From assembly GCA_024626585.2 (NCBI GenBank), contig JANKJI020000002.1:61739056-61766301 (forward strand): DNA of 27,246 nt. The letters run 5' to 3'. Below the pieces are notes generated by a model. The model was not told the origin of the DNA. It worked only from the letters and a program-made list of their open reading frames with translations, and ran no database searches. Source of the DNA: Ginkgo biloba (taxonomy: Eukaryota > Plantae > Ginkgophyta). Position numbers and translations under genes: made by a program. Every line of letters begins with the position of its first letter. The stretch's first letter is position 1. This document shows, piece by piece, positions 23,134 to 27,246 of the stretch.

Positions 23134-24146
23134 TCATTTTTCATTTGGACAATAGGGATGTTCTCCCATCTAAAATTTTGTCCAAAGAGGAAATACTCCC
23201 TCCTATAGTTAAATATTTCAAAGAAGGTAATCTCATGAACATCAATGAGAATTTTCCCATTAACACTTCGAAATTAGATACACTATAATAAATCCTTACT
23301 GGAGTATATTTCACTCCCCAATATGAAGAGTAATTCAACTCCCTCTATNNNNNNNNNNNNNNNNNNNNNNNNNNNNNNNNNNNNNNNNNNNNNNNNNNNN
23401 NNNNNNNNTCCTAATTTTATTTATCAACAAATAGATACCCATCATAATGTTAGGAAAATTCATTAGAAAAAAAAAATAGTAATCAATAATTAGTTGAAAC
23501 TAATAAGAAATAAATTCAAAAAATTATAAATGATCGATTCATCTTTCTCATCACTTATACTAAATGGGTGGAGAATATTGTCTCTATAATGAAAAAGAGT
23601 GGATCCTTATATATCTCTGTTGATTTTTAAAGACCTTAACAAGGAATATCCTANNNNNNNNNNNNNNNNNNNNNNNNNGATAATAGGTCCCTTAGCTAGG
23701 AATAAATTTCTATCCTTGATGGAAGGATTTTTAGGGTATAATCAAATCCTTATAACTGAGAAAGACTATGTAAAAACAAAATCTATCACTTTATAGGGCA
23801 CTTTTGATTATCGCATTATGCCTTTTGGTTTGATAAATATTAGATCCACATATCAAAAGGATATGACTAAGGCATTTCACAATTTNNNNNNNNNNNNNNN
23901 NNNNNNNNNNNNNNNNNNNNNNNGTCAAGTCTCATAAACATCATAATGATTTTAAAATTTTATGTGTCATATTTGAATTATATTTTATGCATTTAATTAA
24001 CCTAAATCTATATAACTATGTCCTTGGTGTTTTTTCTAGACACCATATATATATCAACCCAACCAAAGTTATAGTTATTATGGATATGCCTCCACCCTAT
24101 AACCTAATGTAACTTAAATCTTTCTTAAGAAATATTAGATATATAA
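23134..24146 (+). pseudogene. pol remnant of element B: pre-RT linker and reverse transcriptase
   Basis: Reads KEGNLMNINENFPINTS; YTKWVENIVSIMKK; SVDF/KDLNKEYP; LSLMEGFLGYNQILI...KT..ITL*GTFDYRIMPFGLINIRSTYQKDMTKAFHN; INPTKVIVIMDMPPPYNLM*LKSFL. The YxDD position falls in the gap at 23886-23923. Confidence 0.95.
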
Positions 24147-27100
24147 GTATTCTTACCGACACACCCCATTTTTTCCCAAAAATTGGGACCTCTTTGTTTT
24201 TAGTAAGTATTCAAGGCATCTGGATAAATTTTGAATATTAAATCACTCTTTTCAAGTGTCACAAGCAATCTGAGGGTTGTATTCCTATTTTCATGCGATT
24301 TAGTAGCTTAAGATTTGACTGTAGCTATCCAAAATGCTTATTTTAGCCTTTAGTTCTGAGTTAATTCCTTCTTCTAACTAATTAACCCTTGTATAATGCC
24401 ACAAAATCCCACAACACTNNNNNNNNNNNNNNNNNNNNNNNNNNNNNNNNNNNNNNNNNNNNNNNNNNNNNNNNNNNNNNNNNNNNNNNNNNNNNNNNNN
24501 NNNNNNNNNNNNNNNNNNTATCTTAATTTTCTCATTTACTTCTATACCTATTTACATTATTTTCTTACTATCAACTCCAAAATTAGGGTTGAATAAAATT
24601 GCCATCAATCTTCATCAAGTACATTTTGAAAGGACCATTAATAAGAGCTATAGTTTTATGCTAGTGAAATGGAAAACACTAATTGAAATAGATGAGGGAT
24701 ATTTGTGAAGAGATCCATTGTTTACTCCTTGGGCTTAGAGAAGANNNNNNNNNNNNNNNNNNNNNNNNNNNNNNNNNNNNNNNNNTATCCATTATGGTGA
24801 TCAAATATAGAAACTTTTAGGTGCAAATAAAATTGTTTGTATTCAGTCTACTAAAGGAATTAAAACTATGCCCATTTCTTAAGGAGAAAAATCTTGGTTC
24901 CAAATTTATGGTGGCAATCTATTTTAGAAGGGTAAAATACCTATACATATGGACTTGAAAGTGGAGGGGGGCATCTTGACTTCTGCTAATCTATGAGCCT
25001 TTGTTATAGCTTATAATTTCAAAGATATAATAAAAGAATATTTTATTAAATTATATGATCTTATTAATCCATTCGAATGAAGGATCGCGACTTCAGATGA
25101 AATATTAAGGCAAATAATTGACTCTTGCAAATAGAAGAACAAGCAAATTCATAAGATCCTTTATAAATATGTAGGACATCTAGGATTCATAATCTCAATC
25201 AATTAGACTTGAAAAAGAAGGATGAAGATGAAATACAAAATATTTTTCTTTCAAACAATAGTTTGTTTATTGGCATCTTATATAACACAATATAGAAAAC
25301 AATTACATGAAAAACATCTTGTTGATATGGCTATTTAGAGTCAATATGCTCAATCCAAATAGAAAATGTCATAATGGAGTATACAAAAGAATGTCTTCTT
25401 AAGAACCATGCATGTAAAGATACAGATATCTATGAGGGTCCTTTTTATGATTAGGCTACAAGAAGGAAGATGATATATTTGTTCATAGCTTTTGATTGTG
25501 TTCTTACTCATATGAGCTATAGAACTCCATAGTTAAACTCTTTTATGTGGGAAATTTTTAGAGTTAGATTGAAAAAGGAAACCAAAAAATCAAAGATTTC
25601 TTGATAATAAAATGGTCAATGACTATTCTTGCTTTAATTACCTATTGAAAGTTTCTTAAACAATAATAGTTGCTAGTATTCATATCAATATTACGGTCTA
25701 TCTAAAGTTATATAAAGAATTAGATCTTTCATCTAAAGCAAATTAATTTTACTAGTACAAATAAACTTATGTATTAGATATCCCCTCTTGGGTGAAATCT
25801 AGTAAAATGATGGGCAGGCTAGATTAGTTATATTATAAGAACCCAAAATTAGCTGGCTTTCTACTAATAAGATGAGTGAACTAATTAGAAACTCAAAATT
25901 GATATGGGCTTATCACGAAGAGAGTTGGAAAATAAAAATTGCACTTATATTAGTGATGATGTAATGGTATTTGGCTTGTACTTGTATTTGTGAGGATGAA
26001 ATAATCTTTTGGCTTAGTTTTTTAGAAAGTATAATAAAGTGCCTCCAGTTATTATTTAAGAAAAAAAGAGAGGTAGAAGTACATAGTTTTTTAGGCCTAT
26101 CATTATAACATCCATGATTTTAATAAAATGTATATGAGATTTTGAATTTCATAAATACATCCCTTACAACAAATAAAATAGGGTAATATTTTATTTGTGC
26201 ACAGTAAAATTGTAATACACACTCTCATTGCTAGAGTCCTATAGTATTAAGACCTATCATTGATTGGACTTCATCTTATTTAATAGTTTAGTATAATATA
26301 CATAAGTATGATTATTTTTCTATAGTTTGATATCACAAGGATAATACTTATTCTTAAGTTGTTGCACTTTTCTCAGTGTTTCATGTGTTTTATTATTTGC
26401 TTGCTTTTCCTTTACTATTGTAAAATGGATTGATATCTTAATAAAAGTTTATTGTGATTTGAAAGGATATTCCAATGTGGATTTTTTGTTGGAAAATGTA
26501 TATAGGTTATGGTGTTTTATAAGAAACAAATTGAAACCAGAGTCAAATCTGGTTGAGCTACATCGTCATAAGACAAAGTACATAAATGCCACTTATGTAT
26601 TCAAGAAAATAAAGTTTTACCTCTCCATTTTGTCAAACTCTTGGTATACCCTTTTTCTTTCTACTTTGAAGAGTTGCATTACTCGTGTTGCCTTGGTAGA
26701 CTACATTGTTCATTGGCTAATATGCTTCCTATATGTGATTTGAATATATGTCAATTTTTTAAAGTAATATTTTAGCTAGTCATGAAACATTTATATGGGT
26801 ATAAGACTTATTGGTGTGAGTTTGGATGCTTAATATATATAGTGTCATGGATCTATAATGCACTTGTTTATGGGAGAGAGTAAATGGAGTCCGTGGTGTT
26901 AATCTAAATGCAAGTACATCATTTTCAATTGCACTCTTTTGTGGACAATGTGAATATTGTTAGCAAATGTAAATTTTTCACTTCCTAAGAATGTGTATCA
27001 TCATATCATAGTTTTAGAAATCACATCGTTCCTACCTCTCCTTTATTGAGATGTTCCAATTATTTATTTTTTAATACAGATTTCTATTCTAATGGTAATG

Positions 27101-27246
27101 CATTTATTAAAGAGCCTAGATGATTGACCAAGAAGATTAATATATCTCCAAGTGGAAGTCTCAACCACAACTAATTACATTATATATCCACTATCATTTA
27201 CATCTTAATACAACATTTGGGAGTGCAAATGATATAATATGGATGA

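Larger units (their letters stand above)
15729..24146 (+). mobile_element. Element B: 3'-truncated, decayed Ty3/gypsy Tat/Ogre-type LTR retrotransposon (LTR-PBS-leader-gag-RT)
   Basis: Components are in canonical order on one strand: LTR to 17040, PBS remnant, ~2 kb leader, gag motifs, zinc knuckle, pre-RT linker and RT. Several gaps interrupt it, so contiguity as a single copy is inferred. Confidence 0.75.

Noticed and set aside
17413-23288. Long ORFs in the track (17413-17901, 17436-17906, 22229-23137, 22338-23144, 22356-23288)
   Set aside because: Their length comes from reading through N gaps. Only the last ~50 codons of 22356-23288 are real, and they belong to the pol linker.
24655-24710. 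LVKWK chromodomain-like motif
   Set aside because: There is no downstream TWE motif and no upstream integrase, so it is probably chance.
24955-24980. Polypurine-tract-like gaaagtggagggggg (and the C-run at 4975-4981 on the minus strand)
   Set aside because: No demonstrable LTR follows either tract, so neither can be supported as a PPT.
26459-26743. 94-aa ORF with LKGYSNVDF (copia RNase H-like) and RNKLKPE (hAT dimerisation-like)
   Set aside because: These are isolated short matches. The flanking diagnostic residues (RKSTSG..W.SKKQ, or CERNWS) are absent or wrongly spaced.

Overview
This is an AT-rich (roughly 30% GC by eye), gap-ridden plant scaffold made almost entirely of decayed transposable elements. 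I find no intact host gene, RNA gene or CRISPR array, and most ORFs in the track are read-throughs of N gaps or chance ORFs. Recognisable content: (i) a non-chromovirus Ty3/gypsy (Tat/Ogre-type) integrase pseudogene at 8146-8970 (+); (ii) a minus-strand unit A, with LTR 14044-~15249, a tRNA-Arg(ACG)-type PBS at 14022-14039 and a protease-tail/RT/RNase H pseudogene at ~14020-12305; (iii) a plus-strand element B of the same LTR family, with LTR ~15729-17040, a decayed PBS, a long 5' leader, gag with a broken zinc knuckle and an RT pseudogene ending at ~24146; (iv) a GC-richer, poly(A)-tailed non-LTR insertion at 11216-~12300 (-); (v) an LTR stem-loop fragment at ~2400 and several short repeats. 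The gag and pre-RT motifs resemble gymnosperm Tat-type elements as I remember them, so the host assignment is inference. The most unusual structures are the back-to-back inverted pair of related LTR+PBS units, a PBS fused directly to the end of protease with gag missing, and a palindrome/direct-repeat cassette between the two LTRs. I see no convincing evidence of a novel functional biological system.
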